DNA of 41,151 bases from the NCBI GenBank assembly GCA_947626725.1, contig CANQTI010000001.1, positions 1 through 41,151 of the forward strand, written 5' to 3'. The DNA comes from an uncultured Eisenbergiella sp. GTDB taxonomy: Bacteria; Bacillota; Clostridia; Lachnospirales; Lachnospiraceae. Shown in pieces: positions 31,904 to 40,532 of this stretch. A program made the translations under genes and the position numbers. The first letter of the stretch is position 1. Each line of letters starts with the position of its first letter. Below the pieces are notes generated by a model. That model saw only the letters and a list, made by a program, of their open reading frames with translations. It was not told the DNA's origin and did not search any database.

Positions 31904-31968
31904 CGCCGCTTCCGCATTTTTGGCCCGCATAGGATTTTCCCATGCGGGCCAAAAATGCGGAAGCGGCG
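31904..31968. repeat. perfect 27-bp inverted repeat (11-nt loop) between the convergent kinase and regulator genes
   Basis: CGCCGCTTCCGCATTTTTGGCCCGCAT-aggattttccc-ATGCGGGCCAAAAATGCGGAAGCGGCG. Confidence 0.9.
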
Positions 31969-31994
31969 GGCGGCAGCAGCCGTCTCTTGCCGCC

Positions 31995-33410
31995 TCACGT
32001 TTTCACGGCAAACAGAGGCACTTTTCCTTCCGCCCCCTGGCCGTATTGCTTCGGGGTATATCCGGTGATCCGCTTAAACGTCTTGAGAAAATAAAAATAA
32101 TCGTTAAAGCCTAACGTTGTAGCGATCTCTTCAATGGAATGCTCCCCGGCATCCAGCATTTCCTTCGCCTTTTCGATCCGAAGCTGTGTGATATAGGCTG
32201 TATAGTTCTTTCCCGTTTCACGCTTAAAAATCTGTCCCAGATAGTTGGCGTTCATGTTCATTGCTTTTCCGAGCCGTTTCAAAGAACAATCCTCATGCAA
32301 ATGACCATCGATATATTCCAGCATCTGCAGAAAAGTGGTGTTGGAAAGATCCTCGAAGCCATCCTGATTTCTGCTCTCTTCAATCCGGTCTTTCAAAACT
32401 TCTATCATATTGCCGAAGGTCCCATACTGATAAATCAGATGCTCCGGGCTGTAAATGTCGTCCGTCGCAATGGCCGAACCATATTTATCATGGACCGCCA
32501 GCATATTGTAAAGCTGCCAGGCATTTTTTAAAGACATGCCGCCCGAACCGCTCTTCTCCAGACTGTCCAGAAAGCAGAGCAGCTCCTTCCGGCTCCCCTC
32601 TTCCAGCACTTTCTTCAATTTTCGCATCTCGGGATTCGCTCTGGGAGTGACATCATCCACTACGATTTTCTTATCCGGACAGAAGAAAAAGCCATATGCG
32701 GCATCATTCAGGTGAAGCAGAACGGAACAGATCTGCTGCGTCCTGACCGGCTTCGGAAAATAGCTGCTGCCCCGGCAGTGCGTTTCTTCCATGTGCGCCT
32801 CGATCTGCTTACGGCTGTAGGGATGCATGGAAATGTATCCAAAAGCCCACCTCCCCAGCTGTACCATAACGCTCTGCTTTTCCTGAACCGGAAACGGATA
32901 CTTGCTGACGGATACGGCCAAATAATAAGAACTCCCATAAAGCCCCGCCTGCGCCAGACAGACTTTCGCCTCTCTGACATTCCCGGAATAGAGAGAATCC
33001 AAAAGGTGGCTACCGTACTCCCGCCCGTGGGACGCGCTGTTTAAATTTTGTACCGCCTGTTTGAGATAACGGGACAGTTCTTCATATTCCACTGGTTTCA
33101 GGCAATAGCCGATCACGCCATAAGAAAGCGCCTTTTGCGCATAAGAAAACTCCGCAAAACCGCTGAGCAAAATCACCTGAATGTTCTTTTTCATTTGGGA
33201 TATCTTCTTGCTGAGAGAAAGTCCATCCAGATCCGCCATCCGGATATCCGTCACTACAATATCCACCGGCTGCTTTTCTATCACCGTCAGGGCCTGATTG
33301 CCGTTCTGTACTACAGCGGCAACGCGCAGTCCCAGAGCTTCCCAGTCAATGCCATAGCACAGGGAATCCGTCACGGCTGGCTCGTCATCCACAAGCAAAA
33401 CCTGATACAT
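31995..33410 (-). CDS. YesN-like response regulator (REC + AraC HTH)
   Basis: LLVDDE, VTDIRM, LSGFAEF, LKPV; C-terminal NANYLGQIFKRETG...GFNDYFYFLKTFKRITGYTP. Confidence 0.93.
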   Translation of the reverse strand: MYQVLLVDDEPAVTDSLCYGIDWEALGLRVAAVVQNGNQALTVIEKQPVDIVVTDIRMADLDGLSLSKKISQMKKNIQVILLSGFAEFSYAQKALSYGVIGYCLKPVEYEELSRYLKQAVQNLNSASHGREYGSHLLDSLYSGNVREAKVCLAQAGLYGSSYYLAVSVSKYPFPVQEKQSVMVQLGRWAFGYISMHPYSRKQIEAHMEETHCRGSSYFPKPVRTQQICSVLLHLNDAAYGFFFCPDKKIVVDDVTPRANPEMRKLKKVLEEGSRKELLCFLDSLEKSGSGGMSLKNAWQLYNMLAVHDKYGSAIATDDIYSPEHLIYQYGTFGNMIEVLKDRIEESRNQDGFEDLSNTTFLQMLEYIDGHLHEDCSLKRLGKAMNMNANYLGQIFKRETGKNYTAYITQLRIEKAKEMLDAGEHSIEEIATTLGFNDYFYFLKTFKRITGYTPKQYGQGAEGKVPLFAVKT

Positions 33411-33527
33411 ACCCATCCCCCCCTTCTGCCTGAAAGACAGACCTTCATGACAGCAAAATATCCGCTCTCATCACCGCCCGACAAACGCGCCTTATGTCAA
33501 AACTATTTTTCTGCCCCTCTTTTAAAA

Positions 33528-33556
33528 ATAATACCATGCGGCCGGGAATTCAACAA
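33528..33556 (-). promoter_or_regulatory. possible own promoter of the response regulator
   Basis: Minus strand TTGTTG, 17 bp, extended -10 TGgTATTAT. Confidence 0.4.
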
Positions 33557-33575
33557 CCATATTTTGCCATTTTTC

Positions 33576-34691
33576 TCAATCCATCCGGCCTTTCAGGCAT
33601 GGTTTTTCTCCATCTTTGATCTGGCCGGAAAAGCTTTCATAATATCTCATAATTCCCTCAAACAGCGCACCGCCCTCATCCAGCATACACAGCTTTGTCA
33701 AAATGCTTTCCGGAGACATCTGTTTCTTTATTTTCCGCCATTCCTCTTCTCCCTCGGCATCATACAGGAGCATGGCTGCTGCGGTCATCTGCAGCACGCT
33801 GGAATCCTCCCCGTACCGGTCCAGCATCCGCATCGGGCCTATGACCCTTTCCTCCCGCTCCAGCTTTCGCTGCGGCTCTCTGGCATTGCGCGCTATAGTA
33901 TCTGCGATCGTACGATTCGTAAATTTTCGGCGTGACAGCAGGGAAAATTCTTCCTGGTCTTTCGGATCATACCCAAATTCCCGGCAAAGCACGCGATTGG
34001 TCGCCGCGTAATTCTGATCCAAAAGCTGCAGTATTCTTTGATCATTCGCTGCCTCCCCATAATCCATATATCCCAACAGCCAGCCCAGATATGCGATGAT
34101 GCAGCTTGCCGCATTATAGGTAAACAGTTTTCTCGTCAATAGGTTCCCGAATGCCTCCACCGGCTTCACGGCTGCCGCCGGAGGGATATATCCGTTTAAC
34201 GGGCCCGCATTGCACTGCAGATAAGGATAGTTTTCCGACGCGATATTCAGTTCTCCGTCTTCGATCGTGGTGCAAAACACAGTGGCCTCGCTGACAGATA
34301 AAAGCGGCCGATCTTTCGTCACCGTTTTCAGGCGCCCTGTGGGATCGGAGCAGTTTTCGCAGGTAATCAGCACGCAGCGCTGGTCGGGCGCAAGTTTGTC
34401 CTTCAGCCGCATCCCGACCGCAGAAAGATTCGATCCGCCCACAGAAACAAAAATCAGTTCCGCAGCGGAAAAGTCCGCTTCCTCCCAGACAAAGGCGTGA
34501 TAATCCGAAACCTTCACCGGTTCCCTCTGTGCACCGAAAAAACGAACCTGAAAAGCCCCCTGCCGATTCAGCTTCTCCACAAGTCCCGCGTCGCAATCGA
34601 CCAAATCAAAAGCCAGGCCGCTCTCTGCAAGCAGTCTGCCGACAAACCCCCGTCCCGTCTTTCCCGCTCCGATAACGACGATTTTATTCAC
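33576..34691 (-). CDS. mannitol-1-phosphate dehydrogenase (MtlD)-family oxidoreductase, copy 2
   Basis: GAGKTGRGF, ITCEN, RKLFTYN, RNAREPQRKL. Confidence 0.85.
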   Translation of the reverse strand: MNKIVVIGAGKTGRGFVGRLLAESGLAFDLVDCDAGLVEKLNRQGAFQVRFFGAQREPVKVSDYHAFVWEEADFSAAELIFVSVGGSNLSAVGMRLKDKLAPDQRCVLITCENCSDPTGRLKTVTKDRPLLSVSEATVFCTTIEDGELNIASENYPYLQCNAGPLNGYIPPAAAVKPVEAFGNLLTRKLFTYNAASCIIAYLGWLLGYMDYGEAANDQRILQLLDQNYAATNRVLCREFGYDPKDQEEFSLLSRRKFTNRTIADTIARNAREPQRKLEREERVIGPMRMLDRYGEDSSVLQMTAAAMLLYDAEGEEEWRKIKKQMSPESILTKLCMLDEGGALFEGIMRYYESFSGQIKDGEKPCLKGRMD

Positions 34692-35856
34692 GGATATAAC
34701 CCTCCTCTTTCAAATATGCGATCTTTTCCTTGATCAACATGGCTAACGGTCCCGAAGGATCCAGGCAGCACACGTTCTGCAGTACGTAATCGATGCCCAT
34801 CCGGCGCCGCATATCCTCCAACTTTACCGCGAATTCGTCCGTGTCCCTGTGATAAAACAGGGCGGCAGCAATCGCAATGCAAAGATTTTCCGGCCTGATC
34901 CCGCAGCTTTCCACCAGTCTTGCAGAGCCGACCAGCCGATCGTCCGGTCCCAGCTTGCGGATCGGATCTCTGGCATTGCGCTCGATGAAATCTACAATGG
35001 TATAATCCTGAAGCTTGTGCAGTGAAGTGCGCGTAAAAGCCCACTGCTCCGCAAAGGGAATGCCATGTTTGACGGAAAGCGCTTTTGAGGTCTCCCGGTA
35101 AACCCCATCCAGAATACGCAGAATCCGTTCGTCGTGCGCCGCATCCGCGATTTTTTCATACCCCATCAGTGCTCCGAGGTAAGAGGTCGTTCCGTTTGCA
35201 GCATTATACGTATAGAATTTGCGTTCCAAAAAGCCCGTGAACTCTTCCACCAGCTTGATCCCCATAATATCCGGCAGCGTTTTGCAAATTCGGGAAGCGT
35301 CTACAGGCAGTTCCCAGAAATCCTGTACATTCACAAGGAGCGGATCCCTCTTCAAAAGCTCCGCATCCGCCTCTATGGCGCTGCGCATGACGACAGATTC
35401 CGTAATGCCTACATTGCTTTCAAAATATGCGCGGCAGGCGCCGTCGATCCCCTCGCTGATGCCCTGCCTTAAAATGTCCGCGGGCTGTTTCCAGTTTTCA
35501 CAGGTGATCAAATTCAGCACGCCGCCGGATTTCGCCTTTTCTTCAATTCCTGCGCAAAGAAAAGGAACGATTTGAGACAGGTTTTTGCCGCCAACCGCAT
35601 CAAATACCACATCCGAACGCGCAATCGCCTGTGCAATTTCTTCCCGTTCAGAAAATTTCAGCGCTTTCGCCCCTTTTACCACGCAGTTTTTCTCCGGATT
35701 GCCGAGAATATTGACCGTATACTGTTTTCGTTCATTGATCAGGTCCGCCAGAGCATCCGACTTTTCCACAAACACGAAGTCAATGCCGCTCAGATATAAA
35801 AGATGTCCGATAAAACCGCGGGCAATTTTTCCCGCCCCGAAAATGACACAGCTCAT
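34684..35856 (-). CDS. mannitol-1-phosphate dehydrogenase (MtlD)-family oxidoreductase, copy 1
   Basis: FGAGKIARGF, AVGG, ITCEN, ERKFYTYN, RNARDPIRKLGPDDRL. Confidence 0.87.
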   Translation of the reverse strand: MSCVIFGAGKIARGFIGHLLYLSGIDFVFVEKSDALADLINERKQYTVNILGNPEKNCVVKGAKALKFSEREEIAQAIARSDVVFDAVGGKNLSQIVPFLCAGIEEKAKSGGVLNLITCENWKQPADILRQGISEGIDGACRAYFESNVGITESVVMRSAIEADAELLKRDPLLVNVQDFWELPVDASRICKTLPDIMGIKLVEEFTGFLERKFYTYNAANGTTSYLGALMGYEKIADAAHDERILRILDGVYRETSKALSVKHGIPFAEQWAFTRTSLHKLQDYTIVDFIERNARDPIRKLGPDDRLVGSARLVESCGIRPENLCIAIAAALFYHRDTDEFAVKLEDMRRRMGIDYVLQNVCCLDPSGPLAMLIKEKIAYLKEEGYIRE

Positions 35857-37232
35857 TGTCTGACCTCCTTCAGCGCCATGTATTGTTCTTTTAACGCAGG
35901 ATATATTTTTTTATAAATCTGGTACCGCCGATCCAGAAGCGGCCTCAGCCGCCCTTCGGGCGCGATCTGTTCTTCCGTCCGGCAAAAGATACGCACCGCC
36001 TCCGCGATGTCCGCATAGGCTTTCCTGCCAACCGCGGCCGTGACCGCCGCCCCCAGCGCGGAAGAATCATTTTCTTTGATCGTCGCAAGCGGAAGCGCGA
36101 ACATCTCTGATTTCAGGAAATTAAGCATCCGGTTTTTCGCAGCTCCGCCGCTGACCAGAATTCGTGCCGCTATCGGTTTTCCCATCGTCTCATAAATATG
36201 GAAAAGGCTGAACACCACCCCTTCCAGTACGGAATAGGCAAGATGTTCCTTTTTACACGCCTGCGTGATCCCCAGCAATGTGCCGCTGGCAGCACTGTCA
36301 AAAATTGGTGCCCTTTCCCCGGTCAAATATGGGGTAAAGATCGGCGCCGTCCGCACCAGGTCTTCGGACAGCGCTGTCAGTTCTGTCTGAAAACACTGTC
36401 TGCCGAATCCCAAAGAAGTACCGCTTGCCCCCGTCACGCCGTACTGTACGAAGCTGTCCAGAAATGCGCTGGATATGAGCGGTGTATCCGCAGCAAGCGC
36501 GCTTTCTATCATGCCGAGATGTTCGCTCGTCCCAGTGATATCGAACAGATCCCCCGGATGAACCGCACCCATACCGACCAGAGACGCATAAAAATCGTTC
36601 AGCCCGCAATAGACCGGAATCCCGGCGCAAAGCCCCGTTTCTTTCTGCATTTCCTGCGTCACCGTACCGACACACGACGTAAACGGACACAGCTTCGGCA
36701 GCATCGGATTCCCCAGCTCTCGCAAAAAGAAGTCGCTGTAACGGCCCGTCTTAGGATTTGCCAACCCCCTCCAGGTGTAGGGATCTGCCGCAATCCTCCC
36801 GGTAAATAGCTGAACGAGCATCTCTTTGGGCTGACAGACTTTCGCCCCGTTTCCGTATTTCCTTTTGATATACAAGAGCCGCGGAATCGGGTAAGAGACA
36901 AGGGAAGGATGCGCCATTCCCAGCTCTTTTAAAAATATTTCCTTTGGATACCGTTCCTGTATCTCCTGTAATTCTTTGCTTCCAACTTCCGTGTTCCACG
37001 CAATCACATCGTGATCATTCACAATATAGGTGCCTGTCTGAGCGGACAGCCCGACCGCCGCGACCCCAGAAGTATCTAACTGTGAAAGGGCGGCGAATAC
37101 AGCCTTCCTCCACCCCTCTATATCCGGCTTTTCATATCCGACCCAAACTTTATTTGTGCTGCCGTCCGGACGCAGGCAAAGTACCTTGACAGACGAAGTG
37201 CCCAGATCGATTCCCAGAAATGCCTTATCCAT
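35853..37232 (-). CDS. FGGY family carbohydrate kinase (xylulokinase-like)
   Basis: GIDLGTSSVK, TGTSE, PYLTGERAP, VLEGV, SGGAA, ALGAA; overlaps both neighbours. Confidence 0.9.
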   Translation of the reverse strand: MDKAFLGIDLGTSSVKVLCLRPDGSTNKVWVGYEKPDIEGWRKAVFAALSQLDTSGVAAVGLSAQTGTYIVNDHDVIAWNTEVGSKELQEIQERYPKEIFLKELGMAHPSLVSYPIPRLLYIKRKYGNGAKVCQPKEMLVQLFTGRIAADPYTWRGLANPKTGRYSDFFLRELGNPMLPKLCPFTSCVGTVTQEMQKETGLCAGIPVYCGLNDFYASLVGMGAVHPGDLFDITGTSEHLGMIESALAADTPLISSAFLDSFVQYGVTGASGTSLGFGRQCFQTELTALSEDLVRTAPIFTPYLTGERAPIFDSAASGTLLGITQACKKEHLAYSVLEGVVFSLFHIYETMGKPIAARILVSGGAAKNRMLNFLKSEMFALPLATIKENDSSALGAAVTAAVGRKAYADIAEAVRIFCRTEEQIAPEGRLRPLLDRRYQIYKKIYPALKEQYMALKEVRQ

Positions 37233-38241
37233 TGATAAATACCGCCTTTACAAAACCGGCCGGGCGGCTGCGCACCAGCCCGATTCCCCTTTCGTATTCC
37301 TCAAGAGACAGTCTTTCCGTAACAAAATCCGACAAATCCACCATGCCGTCTTCCATCAGATTCAAAGCGAGCTTCAGCGTATTCCAGTTGTTGCCGGCGC
37401 CTATCACATGAAGATTCGGTATGTGAATATCATCCATCCGAATGGACATCTCTTTTCCGCGCCCGTATCCGGCGAGCATCACTGTGCCGCCTTTTTTTGC
37501 CAGCGCCAGACAGCTTTGAATACAGGATTCTGCGCCCGTCGCGTCGATAATCAGATCCGTCCCGTCCGGATGCAGACGCCTCATTTCCTCCTTCAGATTT
37601 TGCTTTTCTGTTGCAATGACCGCATAGGCACCCATCTTTTTCGCCAATGCCAGCCTCCTGTCCGAAGAAGCGCAGACCACGATCCGACGCATCCCCATCG
37701 CCTTTCCGACGGCCAGCATGCAAAGCCCGATGGATCCGGCCCCCATGATCATCAGCGTATCCCCGAAACGCGCCTGCGCTTTCTGAAACGTGCCGAGCGC
37801 AACGCCCAGCGGCTCGCAGAGAGCAGCCTGTTCAAAGGGGAGCTTCTCCGGCTTTTGGTACAGTCCGTACACAGGGGCCAGCATATATTCCGCATAGGCA
37901 CCGTCTCTCTTAAAGCCGATTTCCTCAAAAGACTTACAATAACGCCAATTGCCGCTTCTGCAGGCCTCACATTTCAGACAGACAACGTCGTTGCTGCCCA
38001 CAACATCCTTTCCGACCCAGTGCGCATCCGCGCTGTCTCCGACGGCATCCACAGTTCCGCTCCATTCATGCCCCGGAATCACCGGATACCGGGCGGGGAT
38101 CCTGCCGTCAATCACCTCCAAATCTGTCGCACAAATAGCAGCCGCCTTCACCCGAATGCGCGCAAAACCTTTTGGCGGTTCCGGAACCGCGACCTGCTCC
38201 AGCTGTATTTCCCCCGGTTTTTTAATTACGATCGCTCTCAT
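37225..38241 (-). CDS. Zn-dependent medium-chain (polyol/sugar) dehydrogenase
   Basis: ICATD, GHE, structural Zn C-x2-C-x2-C-x7-C, EPL, GAGSIG; GAGGAGG RBS. Confidence 0.92.
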   Translation of the reverse strand: MRAIVIKKPGEIQLEQVAVPEPPKGFARIRVKAAAICATDLEVIDGRIPARYPVIPGHEWSGTVDAVGDSADAHWVGKDVVGSNDVVCLKCEACRSGNWRYCKSFEEIGFKRDGAYAEYMLAPVYGLYQKPEKLPFEQAALCEPLGVALGTFQKAQARFGDTLMIMGAGSIGLCMLAVGKAMGMRRIVVCASSDRRLALAKKMGAYAVIATEKQNLKEEMRRLHPDGTDLIIDATGAESCIQSCLALAKKGGTVMLAGYGRGKEMSIRMDDIHIPNLHVIGAGNNWNTLKLALNLMEDGMVDLSDFVTERLSLEEYERGIGLVRSRPAGFVKAVFING

Positions 38242-38266
38242 ATTGCGACCTCCTCTCATCTTTTCA

Positions 38267-38302
38267 TTGACAGTTATATCACAGCGTGATATAATATGTC
38301 AA
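38267..38302. promoter_or_regulatory. palindromic overlapping divergent promoters with probable operator
   Basis: Plus strand TTGACA-17-TATAAT; minus strand TTGACA-18-TATAAC; core palindrome TTATATCAC-AGC-GTGATATAA. Confidence 0.8.
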
Positions 38303-38392
38303 GAAAAAAATCCGGGCGAATCCAGAAAGGAAGACAGCGCCTGATCCGGCGCTCGTGCCTGCTCGCATACGCTCGCGGAACGGAGGGAAAAA

Positions 38393-39220
38393 ATGGACAA
38401 AAACTTTATCCTGCAAACAAAGCTGACAGAAAACCAGATCGCGCTCTTCTATCTCGGACAGACCGGCTTTCTCCTGAAATATCAATCTGACTATATTCTG
38501 GTGGACGGCTATCTCACGGACTATGTGGACCAAAACTGCTGCTCCGAACGGGTCTCCTGGAAGCGTCGTTATCCCGCTCCTATTTCTCCGAAGGAGCTGG
38601 ATTTCGTGCAATACGTTTTTTGCACCCACGCCCATTATGACCACGCAGATCCCAATACGCTTTCAACGATCGCCCAAAGGAATCCCGATGCTTCCTTCTT
38701 CGTATCCGCCGCGATCACCGATACGATTGCCTCTTACGGGATTTCTCGGGAACGGATCCGGGGCCTTCGCTGCGACCAGGAAATCACCTTAAGGCCGGGC
38801 CTGACCGTTGCGGCTGTTCCCGCCGCCCATGAAGAACTGCATCCCGTCGGGAGCGACACGTATGAGGAGGTCGGCTTCCGATTCACGCTGGGAGAAATCT
38901 CTCTCTTTCATTCCGGCGACTGCTGCCCTTATGACGGTCTGGAGGACAAAATCTCAGGCTGTGATATCTTCGTGCTTCCCATCAATGGAAGAGACTATTA
39001 CCGCACCAACGTATGTGACATTATCGGCTGTTTTAACAGCCGGGAAGCCATTCTTCTTGCCAAACACTGCGGCGCCGGTCTCCTCGTTCCCGTCCATTTC
39101 GACCTGTATGATGTCAATGGCGCCAATCCCTCAGAATTCGTGGATACACTGCAATTTCTCAATCCCAGCCAGCGTTTCCACATTTTCGTCCCCGGAGAGC
39201 GCTATATTTTTGAAAAATAG
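38393..39220 (+). CDS. metallo-beta-lactamase fold hydrolase, UlaG (ascorbate-6-P lactonase)-like
   Basis: YLGQTGF, THAHYDH, PAAH, HSGD, LPING, PVHFD. Confidence 0.85.
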   Translation: MDKNFILQTKLTENQIALFYLGQTGFLLKYQSDYILVDGYLTDYVDQNCCSERVSWKRRYPAPISPKELDFVQYVFCTHAHYDHADPNTLSTIAQRNPDASFFVSAAITDTIASYGISRERIRGLRCDQEITLRPGLTVAAVPAAHEELHPVGSDTYEEVGFRFTLGEISLFHSGDCCPYDGLEDKISGCDIFVLPINGRDYYRTNVCDIIGCFNSREAILLAKHCGAGLLVPVHFDLYDVNGANPSEFVDTLQFLNPSQRFHIFVPGERYIFEK

Positions 39221-39238
39221 GAGTCGGAGGACATACGC

Positions 39239-40300
39239 TTGAAAAATTACATTGATCTGGAGGACATGGCCAACGCCAACTGCTCCCGGATCCTGAACCT
39301 TATACAGCAGCATGAAGTCCTTTCCAGGAAACAGATCGTCGCCCTGAGCGAATTAAGCTGGGGGGGAATGACTAAAATTGTAAACAGGCTGCTGGAAAGC
39401 GGGGCTATCGTGGAGGAAAAAGCGGGCGCCGCTTCCGGCGGCCGCATTCCCGGCATGCTGCGTGTCAATCATCAAAAAAACTTCGCTGTCGGACTTGACA
39501 TTAACCGGTCCGGCCTGCGTGCCATCGTCATGAATCTTTCCGGCGAAATTCTCAAACGGTATGCCCAGCCGGTCAAAGCTCCCGACGACGGCAAGGCGCT
39601 GTTGGAAGAAATCCTTGCCTTTGCCGCATCGGTTTCCCACGATTTCGAACCTGGCCTGCTGGTTTCTGTCGGCATCGCCATGCAGGGCCTGATCGATTCC
39701 GCTCAAGGTATCTCCATCGCCATACCCGGCGTTCGCAGTTGGAATCACGTTCCGATAAAAGCGCTTTTGGAACAGATCTTCCAGGCCCGGATTTTTCTGG
39801 AACATGACCCGGACTGTCTGCTGTACGCTCACCTAAAACAGACGAAAGAAGAAAACCTGCTGCTCCTGCGCATTGATAAAAGCATCGGTATGGCCGCCTC
39901 CATCGAAGGCAGGATTCTGAAAGGGACGGGAATTTTGGAACTGGCGCACAATATCGTCATCCCGGGCGGCAGAAAATGCTCCTGCGGCGCACATGGCTGT
40001 CTGGAGGCCTATATCAGGCCCTGCATGGCGCAGGGAAAATATCATATGAATGCCGTCAGCGAACTGCTGCTTCCCCTGGCAGTCTCCATCAAAAATATGG
40101 GAAACCTTTTTCATGCGGACAAGGTGATCCTGACGGGCGACCTGATGACATATCATGAGCGGTTTGAAGCGCAGCTGAAAGAAAAATTGAAGGAAATAAA
40201 CTGCCCGGTCACGCTTCTTTTTTCAGAAATCGCAGACAATGCGGTGCGCGGCGCGGCCCTGATTGCCGCAAACGGCTATATTCATTCACTCACCATTTAA
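39239..40300 (+). CDS. ROK family transcriptional regulator
   Basis: N-terminal HTH (LSRKQI...LSWGGMTKIVNRL); GLDI; CSCGAHGCLE Zn motif; TTG start after GGAGG. Confidence 0.88.
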   Translation: MKNYIDLEDMANANCSRILNLIQQHEVLSRKQIVALSELSWGGMTKIVNRLLESGAIVEEKAGAASGGRIPGMLRVNHQKNFAVGLDINRSGLRAIVMNLSGEILKRYAQPVKAPDDGKALLEEILAFAASVSHDFEPGLLVSVGIAMQGLIDSAQGISIAIPGVRSWNHVPIKALLEQIFQARIFLEHDPDCLLYAHLKQTKEENLLLLRIDKSIGMAASIEGRILKGTGILELAHNIVIPGGRKCSCGAHGCLEAYIRPCMAQGKYHMNAVSELLLPLAVSIKNMGNLFHADKVILTGDLMTYHERFEAQLKEKLKEINCPVTLLFSEIADNAVRGAALIAANGYIHSLTI

Positions 40301-40421
40301 AACGGCAGGTGTCACAAAATCATCAAAATTAAATGATTGAAAGCACTCGATGCCGTCCTTCCATTAATCGAACGAGCCGGTCAATGCCGTACCTTCCCTT
40401 ACATTTTGCTCTACGGCCGTA

Positions 40422-40452
40422 CAGGGTCCTGTGAAAAAAACGCAGGGCCCTG
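40422..40452. terminator. stem-loop after the ROK gene
   Basis: CAGGGTCCTGTG-A7-CGCAGGGCCCTG. Confidence 0.5.
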
Positions 40453-40463
40453 AAATTTCCCTG

Positions 40464-40492
40464 TTGACTTTAGCATACTAACTTGCTAATAT
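40464..40492 (+). promoter_or_regulatory. promoter of the amino-acid ABC binding protein gene
   Basis: TTGACT, 17 bp, TGcTAATAT; TTAGCA-N8-TGCTAA palindrome overlapping the spacer. Confidence 0.55.
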
Positions 40493-40532
40493 TGTACCGT
40501 AATGCACAAAAGTACTTACGGAGGAGAAGAAA

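Noticed and set aside
38393-39220. MBL-fold protein as an antibiotic-resistance beta-lactamase
   Set aside because: No signal peptide; motifs and context are those of UlaG-like metabolic hydrolases.
40347-40397. Imperfect direct repeat TC(G/A)ATGCCGT(A)CCTTCC
   Set aside because: Only two short copies, with no supporting context.
40470-40489. TTAGCA...TGCTAA as a CIRCE element
   Set aside because: Arms and spacing do not match TTAGCACTC-N9-GAGTGCTAA, and the downstream gene is not a chaperone.
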